DNA from: a bacterium
Lineage (GTDB): Bacteria; Bacteroidota; Bacteroidia; Bacteroidales; P3
Reading direction: 5' to 3'
Length of the DNA: 64,000 nucleotides
NCBI GenBank assembly: GCA_014802725.1
Contig: JAAVBS010000006.1
Span: forward strand, 94,625-158,624
A program made the position numbers and the translations under genes. This document shows positions 51,839-60,801 of this stretch, one piece after another. The notes below the pieces were generated by a model. That model saw only the letters and a program-made list of their open reading frames with translations. It made no database searches and had not been told where the DNA came from. Every line of letters begins with the position of its first letter. Position 1 is the stretch's first letter.

Positions 51839-54370
51839 TTAGGCTTGGTAATAGACGCGCTTGACACGCGGCGAAATCCCCGTCAACACCTCATACGGAA
51901 TTGTCTGCAACGCATCGGCCATATGCGTCACAGGCCACTCTTTGCCGAACAAGATGACCTCGTCGCCCTCGGCGGCCTCGATACCGGTCAAATCCAGCAT
52001 ACACATATCCATACAGATGTTGCCGATAATCGGGGCGGTTTTGCCGTGTATCCACACCTGGCCCACCCCCCGGCTGAGCCGCCGGTTCAGGCCGTCGGCA
52101 TAACCGACGCACAGCACGCCTATCCGCATGGGCCGTTCGGCGATGAACCGCCGCCCGTAGCCGACGGCCTCGCCGGCCCCAATCGTGCGGATTTGGGCGA
52201 TCGTGGTCTTGAACGTGCTGACGGTTTCCAAGCGTCCCTCCATTTCGGCCGTGACGCCAACGCCGTAAAGGCCGATGCCGAGCCGCACCATGTCGTATTG
52301 GTATTCGGGAAAACGGCAGATTCCGGCCGTGTTGAGCGCGTGACGCAACACTTCCCCGCCATAGGGCAAGCGGGATTTAAGATAGCCACTCATGCGGTCG
52401 AAGCGTTGCAACTGCGCCAATGTATATTCATCCATAGACGGGTCGTCGGCCGTGGCCAGGTGCGTAAAGATGGAACGCACGCGCAGACGCGGTTCTTCGG
52501 ACAGACAAGCCGACAGCCGCTCCAAATCGGCCTCTTCGAAGCCCAGTCGGTGCATGCCCGTGTCCAATTTGATATGGATGGCCACCGTATCGGTGATGGC
52601 CGGCAGCTGCCGCAACTGCTCGCGCAGCAAATCCAGCATACGGAAGCTATATATCTCCGGCTCCAACCGGTATTGCAAGACGGAGGCCAAGCCCTCTGGC
52701 TCGGCGTTCACGACCATAATCGGCATACGGATACCCTGCTCGCGCAGGCTGATGCCCTCATCGGCATAGGCCACGGTAATATAGTCGCTGTGATGGAACG
52801 CCAACGCATTGGCCACTTCGTAAGAACCGCTGCCATAAGAAAACGCCTTGGCCATAATCATGACCTTGGTCTGCGGTTTGAGACGGGAACGGAAGAAATT
52901 GAGGTTGTGGATCATAGCTTCCAAATCAATTTCCATAACCGTTTCGTGCACCTTTTTCTGCAGACGCCGCACGATGCGTTCGAACGCAAAGCGGCGCGCG
53001 CCTTTAATCAGAATGACCTCGTTGTGCCAAACCGTGGGGTCAAACGCCTGCATAAATGTCTCGGTATCGGGATAGAAGGCCGTTTCCAAGCCCTCAATGG
53101 CAAACAGGGCCTCATGCCGCATGAGTTGCGGCCCGATGCCGACCAAAGCGTCTATCTTATGGCGGCGCAGCAAATCGGCCACGGTACCGTAGAGTTGTTC
53201 TTCCGGCAGGCCGCTTTGCAGGATGTCGGACAGGATGATACGCGTACGCCGTCCCTGTGCCTGATGCAACAGGTAGTCCACGGCCAGGCCGAACGCATCG
53301 TAATCGGAATTGTAGGCGTCGTTGATAAGATAGTTGCGGTTGATGCCCTCTTTCAGTTCCATGCGCATCTCCACGGGCGCGAGTTGCGCCATACGCGCGG
53401 CGATGTCCGCCGGTGCCACGCCGTAATCGAGCAGGAACAACCAACAGTGCATAACGTTTTCCAACGAGGCGGCATCGGTAAACGGCACCTCGATTTGCTG
53501 CGGTGCCCCGTTGTATAAAGCCGTCAGCCGCGTGCAACGGCGGCCGCCGCGCACGACTTCCGCCCGCCCGTCCAGCTGCAGGACGATGCCATCCGCAGCC
53601 CCCGCCTCGCCTTCGGGCAGTTTGGCCGACCATGCCAGGCGGTGCACGGATTGCAAGGCCGCATCCGCTGCTATCTTACCGGCTATCAGCGGGTCGTCGG
53701 CACAATATATAAGTTTTTCCGCCCCGTGGAACAGTTGCAGCTTTTCGGCGGCCTTTTGGCCGTTATCGCTGAAATTGGCCGCGTGCGCCGCCCCCACGTT
53801 CGTGAGGATGCCCACGGTGGGCCGTATCATGCGCGCGAGTGCGGCCATTTCGCCGGGTTGGGAAATGCCGGCCTCGAAAACGCCGAGGCCGTGCCAAGGC
53901 TGCAACTCCCACAACGAGAGCGGCACGCCGATTTGGGAATTATAACTCTTGGGACTTTTGGCCACGCAGACATCGGGCGCCAATAACGCGGAGAGCCATT
54001 CCTTGACCACCGTCTTACCGTTGCTGCCCGTAATGCCCACCACCGGCACGTTAAACTGCCGGCGGTAAGCGGCCGCCAACCGCTGCAAGGCGGCCAAGGT
54101 GTCGTCCGCCAACAGGAAAACGGCCTCCGGATAACGCTCGGCCGCCGCCTCGGGCAAAGCCGACACCAAGAAAGCGCGGACGCCCTTGCCGTAGAGTTCC
54201 GCCACATAACGATGGCCGTCGTTCTTGGCCGTCTTCAACGCCACGAACAGACAGACGTCGGCCCGCCGCAGATAGCGGGAATCGGTCAACAATTCTTCGA
54301 TTATCCGCCCGTCCGCCGGCACGGCGGGCACCTGTGCGTAACGTGCCACCTGCGCTAAACTCAGTCCCAT
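51839..54370 (-). CDS. Bifunctional UDP-N-acetylmuramoyl-tripeptide--D-alanyl-D-alanine ligase (MurF) / alanine racemase (Alr) fusion
   Basis: 843 aa. Mur ligase P-loop GITGSNGKT in the N-terminal half. From about aa 475 an Alr domain begins (ETVMEIDL..., PLP-Lys motif MAKAFSYGSG, C-terminus PR..R.Y). Confidence 0.9.
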   Translation of the reverse strand: MGLSLAQVARYAQVPAVPADGRIIEELLTDSRYLRRADVCLFVALKTAKNDGHRYVAELYGKGVRAFLVSALPEAAAERYPEAVFLLADDTLAALQRLAAAYRRQFNVPVVGITGSNGKTVVKEWLSALLAPDVCVAKSPKSYNSQIGVPLSLWELQPWHGLGVFEAGISQPGEMAALARMIRPTVGILTNVGAAHAANFSDNGQKAAEKLQLFHGAEKLIYCADDPLIAGKIAADAALQSVHRLAWSAKLPEGEAGAADGIVLQLDGRAEVVRGGRRCTRLTALYNGAPQQIEVPFTDAASLENVMHCWLFLLDYGVAPADIAARMAQLAPVEMRMELKEGINRNYLINDAYNSDYDAFGLAVDYLLHQAQGRRTRIILSDILQSGLPEEQLYGTVADLLRRHKIDALVGIGPQLMRHEALFAIEGLETAFYPDTETFMQAFDPTVWHNEVILIKGARRFAFERIVRRLQKKVHETVMEIDLEAMIHNLNFFRSRLKPQTKVMIMAKAFSYGSGSYEVANALAFHHSDYITVAYADEGISLREQGIRMPIMVVNAEPEGLASVLQYRLEPEIYSFRMLDLLREQLRQLPAITDTVAIHIKLDTGMHRLGFEEADLERLSACLSEEPRLRVRSIFTHLATADDPSMDEYTLAQLQRFDRMSGYLKSRLPYGGEVLRHALNTAGICRFPEYQYDMVRLGIGLYGVGVTAEMEGRLETVSTFKTTIAQIRTIGAGEAVGYGRRFIAERPMRIGVLCVGYADGLNRRLSRGVGQVWIHGKTAPIIGNICMDMCMLDLTGIEAAEGDEVILFGKEWPVTHMADALQTIPYEVLTGISPRVKRVYYQA

Positions 54371-54380
54371 GGCGTGATTG

Positions 54381-55373
54381 CTATTCGGTGGTTTTCTGCA
54401 ACGGATTTTCCGTCAACCTTGCGTACAAAGCCCGCGCGCGGCAGATATCCACGGTTTCGCAGAGGGCGCGCGCCGTACAGCGTATGGCCGTTTCAAGCGG
54501 TGTCTGCCCGGGCGTGTAGATGGGTTCCATATGTACGAACGGCAAACCGGCCGTATAGGCGCACAGGCGGTCGGTGCCGAAATGTTGCTGTATGCGGTCG
54601 GATTGTTCTTTGTAAGGACAAAGAACGGCATGGAAAGCGTCGCCGGTGGTTTCGCGCACCTCGGTAAAGAAACGTTTCAGGTTATAGGGGCCGAACACCG
54701 GCATGCCTTTTTCCTGCAACCCGGCCGTCAACGGCTGCAAGACCGTCTTGTCGGCCTCGCTCAATTCCGTCGCCTCCAAATCGGGCTGTGTCGAAAGCAA
54801 CGCGATACGCGGTACCGTGATATTGAAATCCCGCTGCAACGCGCGGTACAGGATTTCTATCCGTTCCTTGACCTTGTCGGCCGACAGGCGTTCCGACAGA
54901 CGGTCCATCTGCAGCGACGTCATGAATGTGACCCGCCATTTTTCCAACAGCCACAACCTGAACGGCCGGCTGCCACCGAAGCGGGAGGCCAGCCAAAGCG
55001 GCGTATTCTTATAGTCGGGCAACTCCGTCCGCACGGCTTCCGCATCCACCGGCAACGTGACGAGCGCCTTCAACTCATCCGACTTTAAATGCGCCAACGC
55101 CTGCGACAAGGCGGCTGCCGGCTTGTCTTCCGTTTCCCAAAGCATCGGCCGTTTGCCCTTCAAGTCGGCCCATTGCGTTGCGCCGGCGAATGTCGTTTCG
55201 TGCAAGCCCATCGCCTTGGTCCGTTGCCCCATCGCGGCAAGCGAAGCGTAACCGAACGGAAAAGCCGTTTCCAAAAAGAACGGTTCCGAGAGTATCCGGG
55301 CTAAAATCTGATAACTGTATTCATCGGCATTTCCATGCGTCATACCGATTTTGATGCGTTCTTCCTTTTCCAA
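54381..55373 (-). CDS. PdxA-fold protein with degenerate active-site motifs (4-hydroxythreonine-4-phosphate dehydrogenase homologue, probably non-catalytic)
   Basis: Collinear with PdxA along its whole length (IKIGMTHGN, LVTLPV, PRIALLS, GP, AGLPFV), but the His-containing motifs are replaced. The start is uncertain: TTG at 55373 or ATG at 55343. The track start at 55502 overlaps pepA and is rejected. Confidence 0.6.
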   Translation of the reverse strand: MEKEERIKIGMTHGNADEYSYQILARILSEPFFLETAFPFGYASLAAMGQRTKAMGLHETTFAGATQWADLKGKRPMLWETEDKPAAALSQALAHLKSDELKALVTLPVDAEAVRTELPDYKNTPLWLASRFGGSRPFRLWLLEKWRVTFMTSLQMDRLSERLSADKVKERIEILYRALQRDFNITVPRIALLSTQPDLEATELSEADKTVLQPLTAGLQEKGMPVFGPYNLKRFFTEVRETTGDAFHAVLCPYKEQSDRIQQHFGTDRLCAYTAGLPFVHMEPIYTPGQTPLETAIRCTARALCETVDICRARALYARLTENPLQKTTE

Positions 55374-55389
55374 AACCTTTGTCTTTAGG

Positions 55390-56805
55390 TTATTTTTGAC
55401 TCCACAATTCAAGGAAACGTCCGATCCAACGGACGCCCATGCCCGTCGCGCCTTTCCGCCACGCGCTTTCATCCTTGTCGTAATAGGCCACGCCGGCCAC
55501 ATCCAAATGCAAGAACGGTGTCTTGCCGGCGAAATGCCCGACGAACTTGGCGGCCGTAATCATGCCGGCCGTCCCGCTGCCGCAGTTTTTAAGTTCGGCC
55601 ACGGCCGACTCCAATTCCTTATCGTATTCCGGCCACATCGGGAACAGGCAATAACGTTCCTGCACGTCTTCGGAGGCCCGGTCCAGACAGCGCGCCATAT
55701 CCTCCGGCCAACGTTCCCGCATGGCCACGATGCCTTTCGTGCCGATGGCGCGCGAAGCCGCCCCCGTGAGCGTGGCCATGGAGATAATGGCGGCCGGCGC
55801 GTAGTGCTTGTGCGCATAGGCCGTCGCATCGGCGAGCAACAAACGGCCCTCGGCATCGGTATTGACGATTTCAACCGAGGTCTCGCCGCCGATACGGATG
55901 ATGTCGCCCGGTACGAGCGCGTTGCCGTTGAGCCGGTTGTCGGTGGCCGGCACCAAGGCCACGATATAGAGCGGCAAGGCCTGCTTGGCCGCCATTGCCA
56001 AAATGCCGGCCGCCATCGCGCCGCCCGCCATGTCGGTCTTCATGTCGTCCATATAGTTGCCGGTCTTGATGTTCATGCCGCCGGCATCGAATACAACCCC
56101 CTTGCCCACCAACACCACGGGCTCGGCGTTGCGCGCGTTGTCGGGTTTGTAGATGAATTCGGCGAAGGCCGGCTCATCCACGCTGCCACGGTTTACGCCC
56201 AATAGGCCGCCCATGCCGGCTTTTTCCATGTCCTTGCGCGTCCACAGCTTGGCCGTTACGCCGAGCGGTTTAAGGTGCGAAGCCATCTCCCGCGCGAAGG
56301 CGGCGGCGTTCAAGACCGAAACCGGTTGTTCCACAAGCGACTTTACCCAGTTGACTTCGGCCGCCCGTTCCCGCAAGGCCGTCAGGTCGGCGGCCGTCAC
56401 CCCGTCGGCCTCCACGGCCGTCAGTTCCGGCGCGGCTTTCCGCTCCGCCTTATACGTATCGAACACATAGAGGTTTAACAGAAAACTCTCCGCCAACGCC
56501 CGCACGGCCTCCGCGTCCCGCCATTCCAAATCGGTCAGCACCCAGCGGCTGCCCGCTATCGCGCGCGCCTTGTCGGCCCAACGGCGGCCCCAACTGCGAA
56601 TCCGCAGGAGATAGTCCGTCGCGGTCTCGTCCGCGCCCCGCTCCGGCAGCCACAGATAGGCGTGCGGTTCCGGTAGATGGAAGTCCGTCCAACTGCCTTT
56701 CGGCTGGTCGGCGGCCATCCGCTTGACATAGAGTTGCTCGGCATCCGCCGGATTTTTCCGCGTGCCTTTGAGCAAAAACAGCCGATATACCTTATTGTTC
56801 TTCAT
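55390..56805 (-). CDS. pepA: Leucyl aminopeptidase (M17 family)
   Basis: 471 aa. VGKGVVFDAGG, NTDAEGRLLLAD, and the LTGA motif. Confidence 0.9.
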   Translation of the reverse strand: MKNNKVYRLFLLKGTRKNPADAEQLYVKRMAADQPKGSWTDFHLPEPHAYLWLPERGADETATDYLLRIRSWGRRWADKARAIAGSRWVLTDLEWRDAEAVRALAESFLLNLYVFDTYKAERKAAPELTAVEADGVTAADLTALRERAAEVNWVKSLVEQPVSVLNAAAFAREMASHLKPLGVTAKLWTRKDMEKAGMGGLLGVNRGSVDEPAFAEFIYKPDNARNAEPVVLVGKGVVFDAGGMNIKTGNYMDDMKTDMAGGAMAAGILAMAAKQALPLYIVALVPATDNRLNGNALVPGDIIRIGGETSVEIVNTDAEGRLLLADATAYAHKHYAPAAIISMATLTGAASRAIGTKGIVAMRERWPEDMARCLDRASEDVQERYCLFPMWPEYDKELESAVAELKNCGSGTAGMITAAKFVGHFAGKTPFLHLDVAGVAYYDKDESAWRKGATGMGVRWIGRFLELWSQK

Positions 56806-57067
56806 GTTCTATCATTTTCAAGGCCTCCAGCGTTTGCGTGGCGGCCGTTCCGTGATGCAACTGAAAGCGCGGGCAATCTTCGTGACGGCCGCCCGGCGGC
56901 ACCGTGCAATGGCCGCAGTCGTGTTGCTGTCCGTCACCGAAATCGATATCCGACATCGCGCAACGGTGCAGAAAGCGGCCGTCTTTCTTGAAAAGAATCC
57001 GCACCGACAAGGCCAACACGGCCAAGCCCATCACCGCAATGGCGCCGAGGAGCAGCGTCCAGTTCAT
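56792..57067 (-). CDS. Small single-TM protein with a Cys/His-rich C-terminal domain; function unknown
   Basis: 91 aa. N-terminal [22 protein letters not shown], then 4 Cys and several His (HRC...HDCGHC...HEDC...HH). ATGA overlap with the recA stop, and a 14-nt overlap with pepA. The GC3-rich codon pattern resembles its neighbours. Confidence 0.55.
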   Translation of the reverse strand: MNWTLLLGAIAVMGLAVLALSVRILFKKDGRFLHRCAMSDIDFGDGQQHDCGHCTVPPGGRHEDCPRFQLHHGTAATQTLEALKMIEHEEQ

Positions 57068-58095
57068 GCTTCTTTCTCTTTCAACGCGTTGCGAATGGCC
57101 TGTTCCAGTTCCTCGCTCAGTTCCGGGTTATCCTGCAAGAGTTGCTTAACGGCATCACGGCCTTGCCCCAACTTGGTATCGCCGTAGCTGAACCACGAAC
57201 CGCTCTTTTTGATGATGTTCATGTCGGTGGCCATGTCGATGATTTCACCCGAACGCGAAACGCCCTGTCCGTAAATCAAATCGAATTCCACGGTCTTGAA
57301 AGGAGGCGCCACCTTGTTCTTGACGATTTTTACCTTGACGCGGTTGCCGACCACATTGTCGCCCTCTTTAATTTGGGAAATACGGCGGATATCGATACGG
57401 ACGGACGCATAGAACTTGAGCGCGTTACCGCCCGTCGTCGTTTCGGGATTGCCGAACATGACGCCGATTTTCTCGCGCAACTGGTTGATGAAGATGCAGC
57501 AGCACCCCGTTTTGCTGATAATGGAGGTCAGTTTCCGCAAGGCCTGCGACATCAGACGCGCGTGCAAGCCCATCTTGCTGTCGCCCATCTCGCCCTCTAT
57601 TTCGCTACGCGGCGTAAGGGCCGCCACCGAGTCGATGACCATGATGTCCACGGCGCCGGAACGGATCAGGTTTTCCGCAATGGCCAAGGCCTGTTCGCCG
57701 TCGTCGGGCTGGGAGATGAACAGGTCGTCCACATTGACGCCCAACTTCTGCGCATAAACGGGGTCGAACGCGTGTTCGGCATCGATAAAGGCCGCGATAC
57801 CACCTTTTTTCTGCGCTTCGGCGATGGCGTGGATGGCCAAGGTGGTTTTACCGGAAGACTCCGGGCCATAGATTTCGATGATACGGCCCTTTGGCAGGCC
57901 GCCGATGCCCAAGGCCATGTCCACGCCGATGGAACCCGTCGAAATGGTTTCGACTTCCTCTACCGGCTGGTCGCTCATCTTCATGATGGCCCCCTTGCCG
58001 TACGACTTTTCTATTTTGTCCAACGTCAGTTGCAAAGCCTTGAGTTTTTCGGCTCTCTGCTCGTTCTGTTCCATGTTTTCTTCTTTCTTTGCCAT
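57064..58095 (-). CDS. recA: Recombinase RecA
   Basis: Walker [10 protein letters not shown] and IDAEHA, canonical RecA throughout. I chose the start at 58095 (MAKKEEN) because the longer track ORF would run into the candidate -7 box. Confidence 0.95.
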   Translation of the reverse strand: MAKKEENMEQNEQRAEKLKALQLTLDKIEKSYGKGAIMKMSDQPVEEVETISTGSIGVDMALGIGGLPKGRIIEIYGPESSGKTTLAIHAIAEAQKKGGIAAFIDAEHAFDPVYAQKLGVNVDDLFISQPDDGEQALAIAENLIRSGAVDIMVIDSVAALTPRSEIEGEMGDSKMGLHARLMSQALRKLTSIISKTGCCCIFINQLREKIGVMFGNPETTTGGNALKFYASVRIDIRRISQIKEGDNVVGNRVKVKIVKNKVAPPFKTVEFDLIYGQGVSRSGEIIDMATDMNIIKKSGSWFSYGDTKLGQGRDAVKQLLQDNPELSEELEQAIRNALKEKEA

Positions 58096-58128
58096 ATTGA
58101 TAAAGTGTTTATGTTTCCGATTCGAGTA

Positions 58129-58136
58129 CAAAGATA
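58129..58136 (-). promoter_or_regulatory. Candidate -7 promoter box (TATCTTTG) for recA
   Basis: TAnnTTTG match, 34 nt upstream of the recA ATG at 58095. Confidence 0.45.
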
Positions 58137-58151
58137 ACCCTTTTCCCCCCG

Positions 58152-58166
58152 TTCCGCCAAGCGGAA
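58152..58166. other. Short perfect hairpin (TTCCGC-CAA-GCGGAA) between the DUF2461 gene and the recA promoter
   Basis: A 6-bp stem with a 3-nt loop. No U-tract on the minus strand, so a terminator role is uncertain. It could be an operator or a 3'-end stabiliser. Confidence 0.3.
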
Positions 58167-58180
58167 ATTCTTAAAAAAAA

Positions 58181-58885
58181 TCAAAATTCCAGGGCCTCGT
58201 TCAAGAAAGCGTTAAACGGATATAACATACGGGTGTATTTCACAATTTCGTCGATGTAGGACAGTTGACCGACGATCCGGTCCGGCAGCGGTTTCATCAG
58301 AAAATAATGCCGGTACTTGAGCCATTCGATATCGGGAAAATCCTTGTCGAAACCCTTGGGCGGCATCTTCATCTTGGCCTCTTGGTCCAATTCGCCGAAT
58401 GTTTTGACGATGGCGGGATCCAACACGATTTTTTTGAAATCCGCACTCCGGAAATAGATATGCTGACGGATTTTACGCATTGACTCCGGCTGCAAGCCAT
58501 ACACGCCCGCCCCCACGGCGCAATGCCCCGGCTCTATATGCAGGTAATAGCCGGAAAACTCGCCGTGCGCACCGCCCTTGCAGATAAAAATGCCGATATA
58601 ACGCTTGTAGGGTGTTTTGTCGGGCGAAAAGCGCGTGTCGCGATAGATGCGGTACATACAGCGTTTGCCCGTCAGCCCCGTCAGTTCGGGGTCAAACCGG
58701 CTCATGCGCGCGATACAGGCATCCGTCATGGCCTCCAAATGCTTTCTCAGTTGGTCGTAGCGCGGCTTGTGCGCCGCAAACCACTCGCGGTTGTTGTTTT
58801 CGCGCAGTTCTTTGATAAACGGCAGGATGTCGGCCTGCAAGGCCGGATCGAGACCGGGCTGTGTTTCTGCAGTCGTTTTCTTCAT
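58181..58885 (-). CDS. DUF2461 (TIGR02453) family protein
   Basis: 234 aa. L..NN.REWF..HK..Y.........RIYRDTRFS.DK.PYK is the pattern of this family. Confidence 0.7.
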   Translation of the reverse strand: MKKTTAETQPGLDPALQADILPFIKELRENNNREWFAAHKPRYDQLRKHLEAMTDACIARMSRFDPELTGLTGKRCMYRIYRDTRFSPDKTPYKRYIGIFICKGGAHGEFSGYYLHIEPGHCAVGAGVYGLQPESMRKIRQHIYFRSADFKKIVLDPAIVKTFGELDQEAKMKMPPKGFDKDFPDIEWLKYRHYFLMKPLPDRIVGQLSYIDEIVKYTRMLYPFNAFLNEALEF

Positions 58886-58897
58886 CGCTTGAGGCTT

Positions 58898-59560
58898 TTA
58901 ATTTTTCTTACGGATAATCATCAAACCGTCCCGCATCCGCAGCGGCAGGTTCTCCACATCGGGGTCGGCCTGCACAAGGTCGTTGAAATGCCGCAGGGCC
59001 TGCGTGTCTTTGTCGCGGCAGCTTTCGTCCCACACCTTGCCGTTCCACAGAATGTTGTCGGCCAGCAGCCAGCCGCCCGGCCGCAACAGCGTTTTGAGCA
59101 TAGGGTAATAGTCGTCGTAGCGCGCCTTGTCGGCATCGAGGAATATCAAGTCGAAAGCGCTCCCCTCGTCGGCCAAACGCGCCAAATGCGCCTCGGCCTC
59201 GCCCCACAGCACGTGGATGCGGTGGGCATAGGGCGACTCGGCGATATACTTCCGCAGCAGCTCTTCGGCAAGCGGGTCATGCTCTATCGTAAAGACTTCG
59301 CCGCCCTCCGCCAACCCGGCCGCGAGGCAGAGCGTGCCGTAGCCCGTAAACGCGCCCACCTCCAATATGCGGGTAGGCCGCAGCATCCGGCTGACCATCT
59401 CTAAAAAACGGCCCTGGTAGGCCCCCGACAGCATGCGCGGCGACAGCATGCGGACATGGGTTTCCCTGTCAAGCCGCGCCAGCAACGGGTCGGGCGGCGT
59501 GGTATGCGCGGCGAGATAGGCAGCGGCGCGCGAGTCATCCGGGAGTTCGAATTCTTCCAT
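58898..59560 (-). CDS. Class I SAM-dependent O-methyltransferase (caffeoyl-CoA OMT / YrrM-like)
   Basis: ILEVGAFTGYG SAM motif, IFLDADK..Y, GG....DN.LW.G. I chose the start at 59560 (MEEFELP). The track start at 59599 overlaps lplA. Confidence 0.8.
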   Translation of the reverse strand: MEEFELPDDSRAAAYLAAHTTPPDPLLARLDRETHVRMLSPRMLSGAYQGRFLEMVSRMLRPTRILEVGAFTGYGTLCLAAGLAEGGEVFTIEHDPLAEELLRKYIAESPYAHRIHVLWGEAEAHLARLADEGSAFDLIFLDADKARYDDYYPMLKTLLRPGGWLLADNILWNGKVWDESCRDKDTQALRHFNDLVQADPDVENLPLRMRDGLMIIRKKN

Positions 59561-59574
59561 AGGTCGTTCGTTCG

Positions 59575-60570
59575 TCAGGCCATCAGCAGCCGCAGCCACT
59601 CTTCCACGGCCACATGGGCGAAATAGTCCTGCAACGGGAGCGTTGACAAACGTTCCCGCAACGCGGCCTCCGTCAACGGACAGCCAATCATCGCGCTTTC
59701 AAACGCCGCCGTGTCTTTCGTAAAGAAATAATCGCCAAACACTTTCAAATCCGCAATACGCCCCTCTTCCACTTGGCAATGGACTTCTATATTGCCACCC
59801 TTTTCGGTGTGCAAGCCGCGGCGGTAGCCATAGGCCGGCGACAAGCCGTAATTCCATTCGTAAGTACCGTACTTCCGCTCGACCAAGCCATTGACGGCCG
59901 CTTCCTCCCCGGCCGTGAACGGCCGCAGAACGGCCTGTGGGAACATACGCTGCACATGGGTTTCGATGGTGCGGATGAAATCCTCTACCGAAACCGGTTC
60001 GGAGAGATGCTCGCTGATATTCGTGATGCGGCTCCGCACCGACTGCACGGCCTTGCCCTCGAACTTAATCGGATTGACTTTGAGACAGGGGCTCATATCG
60101 GCGATATTGCTGCTGAAGAGCAACGTGCCGTGATGCAGGATGCGGTCTTGCCACACCCCGTTGGCATTGCCGCTGAATTTGCGCCCGTCGATGGTCAGGT
60201 CGTTGCGCCCCTCGAAACGCGCCGCCACGCCCATGCCCTGCAATACGTCGAGTATCGGCTGCGTAAATTCGTGGAAATCGGGCATCCGTTCCCCCCGCGC
60301 GTTGCGCGTACTGCGCACAAACGTAAAACAGATATTGCCCAAGTCGTGGAATACGGCGCCCCCGCCCGTCATGCGGCGGATAACCGGAATATGGTGCCGT
60401 TCCACATAGTCGCGGTCAATTTCGGCCAGCGTATTCTGGTGCCGTCCCACGATAACGGCCGGCTCGTTGCGCCAAAGTGCGAAACAATCCTCCCGCAAAT
60501 GTTTGAGCATGAACTCCTCGGCCGCGATGTTGAAATAGGGGGCGGTTTGGGGGCGCTTTATAATCAGCAT
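59575..60570 (-). CDS. lplA: Lipoate--protein ligase
   Basis: NIAAEE......W...P.VI.GRHQN...E........I.V.RR.TGGGAV.HD.GN. I chose the start at 60570 (MLIIKRPQ). Confidence 0.85.
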   Translation of the reverse strand: MLIIKRPQTAPYFNIAAEEFMLKHLREDCFALWRNEPAVIVGRHQNTLAEIDRDYVERHHIPVIRRMTGGGAVFHDLGNICFTFVRSTRNARGERMPDFHEFTQPILDVLQGMGVAARFEGRNDLTIDGRKFSGNANGVWQDRILHHGTLLFSSNIADMSPCLKVNPIKFEGKAVQSVRSRITNISEHLSEPVSVEDFIRTIETHVQRMFPQAVLRPFTAGEEAAVNGLVERKYGTYEWNYGLSPAYGYRRGLHTEKGGNIEVHCQVEEGRIADLKVFGDYFFTKDTAAFESAMIGCPLTEAALRERLSTLPLQDYFAHVAVEEWLRLLMA

Positions 60571-60612
60571 ATCGGTACTTTTTATTATGACGGCGGATGA
60601 CGACGGCGCAAA

Positions 60613-60646
60613 CAAAAAAGCGGCCTACGTTATCCGTAAACCGCTT
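60613..60646 (-). terminator. Intrinsic terminator downstream of tRNA-Arg
   Basis: On the minus strand, stem GCGG..CCGC with an inner TACG/CGTA helix (60620-60644) is followed by T6 (the A-run 60614-60619 on the + strand). Confidence 0.55.
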
Positions 60647-60653
60647 TGAACTG

Positions 60654-60727
60654 TGACTCCGGAAGGATTCAAACCTTCAACCGCCTGATCCGTAGTCAGG
60701 TACTCTATTCAGTTGAGCTACGGAGCC
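60654..60727 (-). tRNA. tRNA-Arg (anticodon ACG)
   Basis: Hand-folded: acceptor GGCTCCG/CGGAGTC, anticodon stem CCTGA/TCAGG, loop CTACGGA, T-arm GAAGG-TTTGAAT-CCTTC. Confidence 0.88.
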
Positions 60728-60752
60728 ATTCCTTTTCTTTCCAAAAGGAGTG

Positions 60753-60760
60753 CAAAAATA
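60753..60760 (-). promoter_or_regulatory. Candidate -7 promoter box (TATTTTTG) for tRNA-Arg
   Basis: TAnnTTTG match, 26 nt upstream of the tRNA 5' end. Confidence 0.4.
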
Positions 60761-60801
60761 CATCTTTTTTCGATATTCTGCAACCCCCTGCCAAAAATTT
60801 C

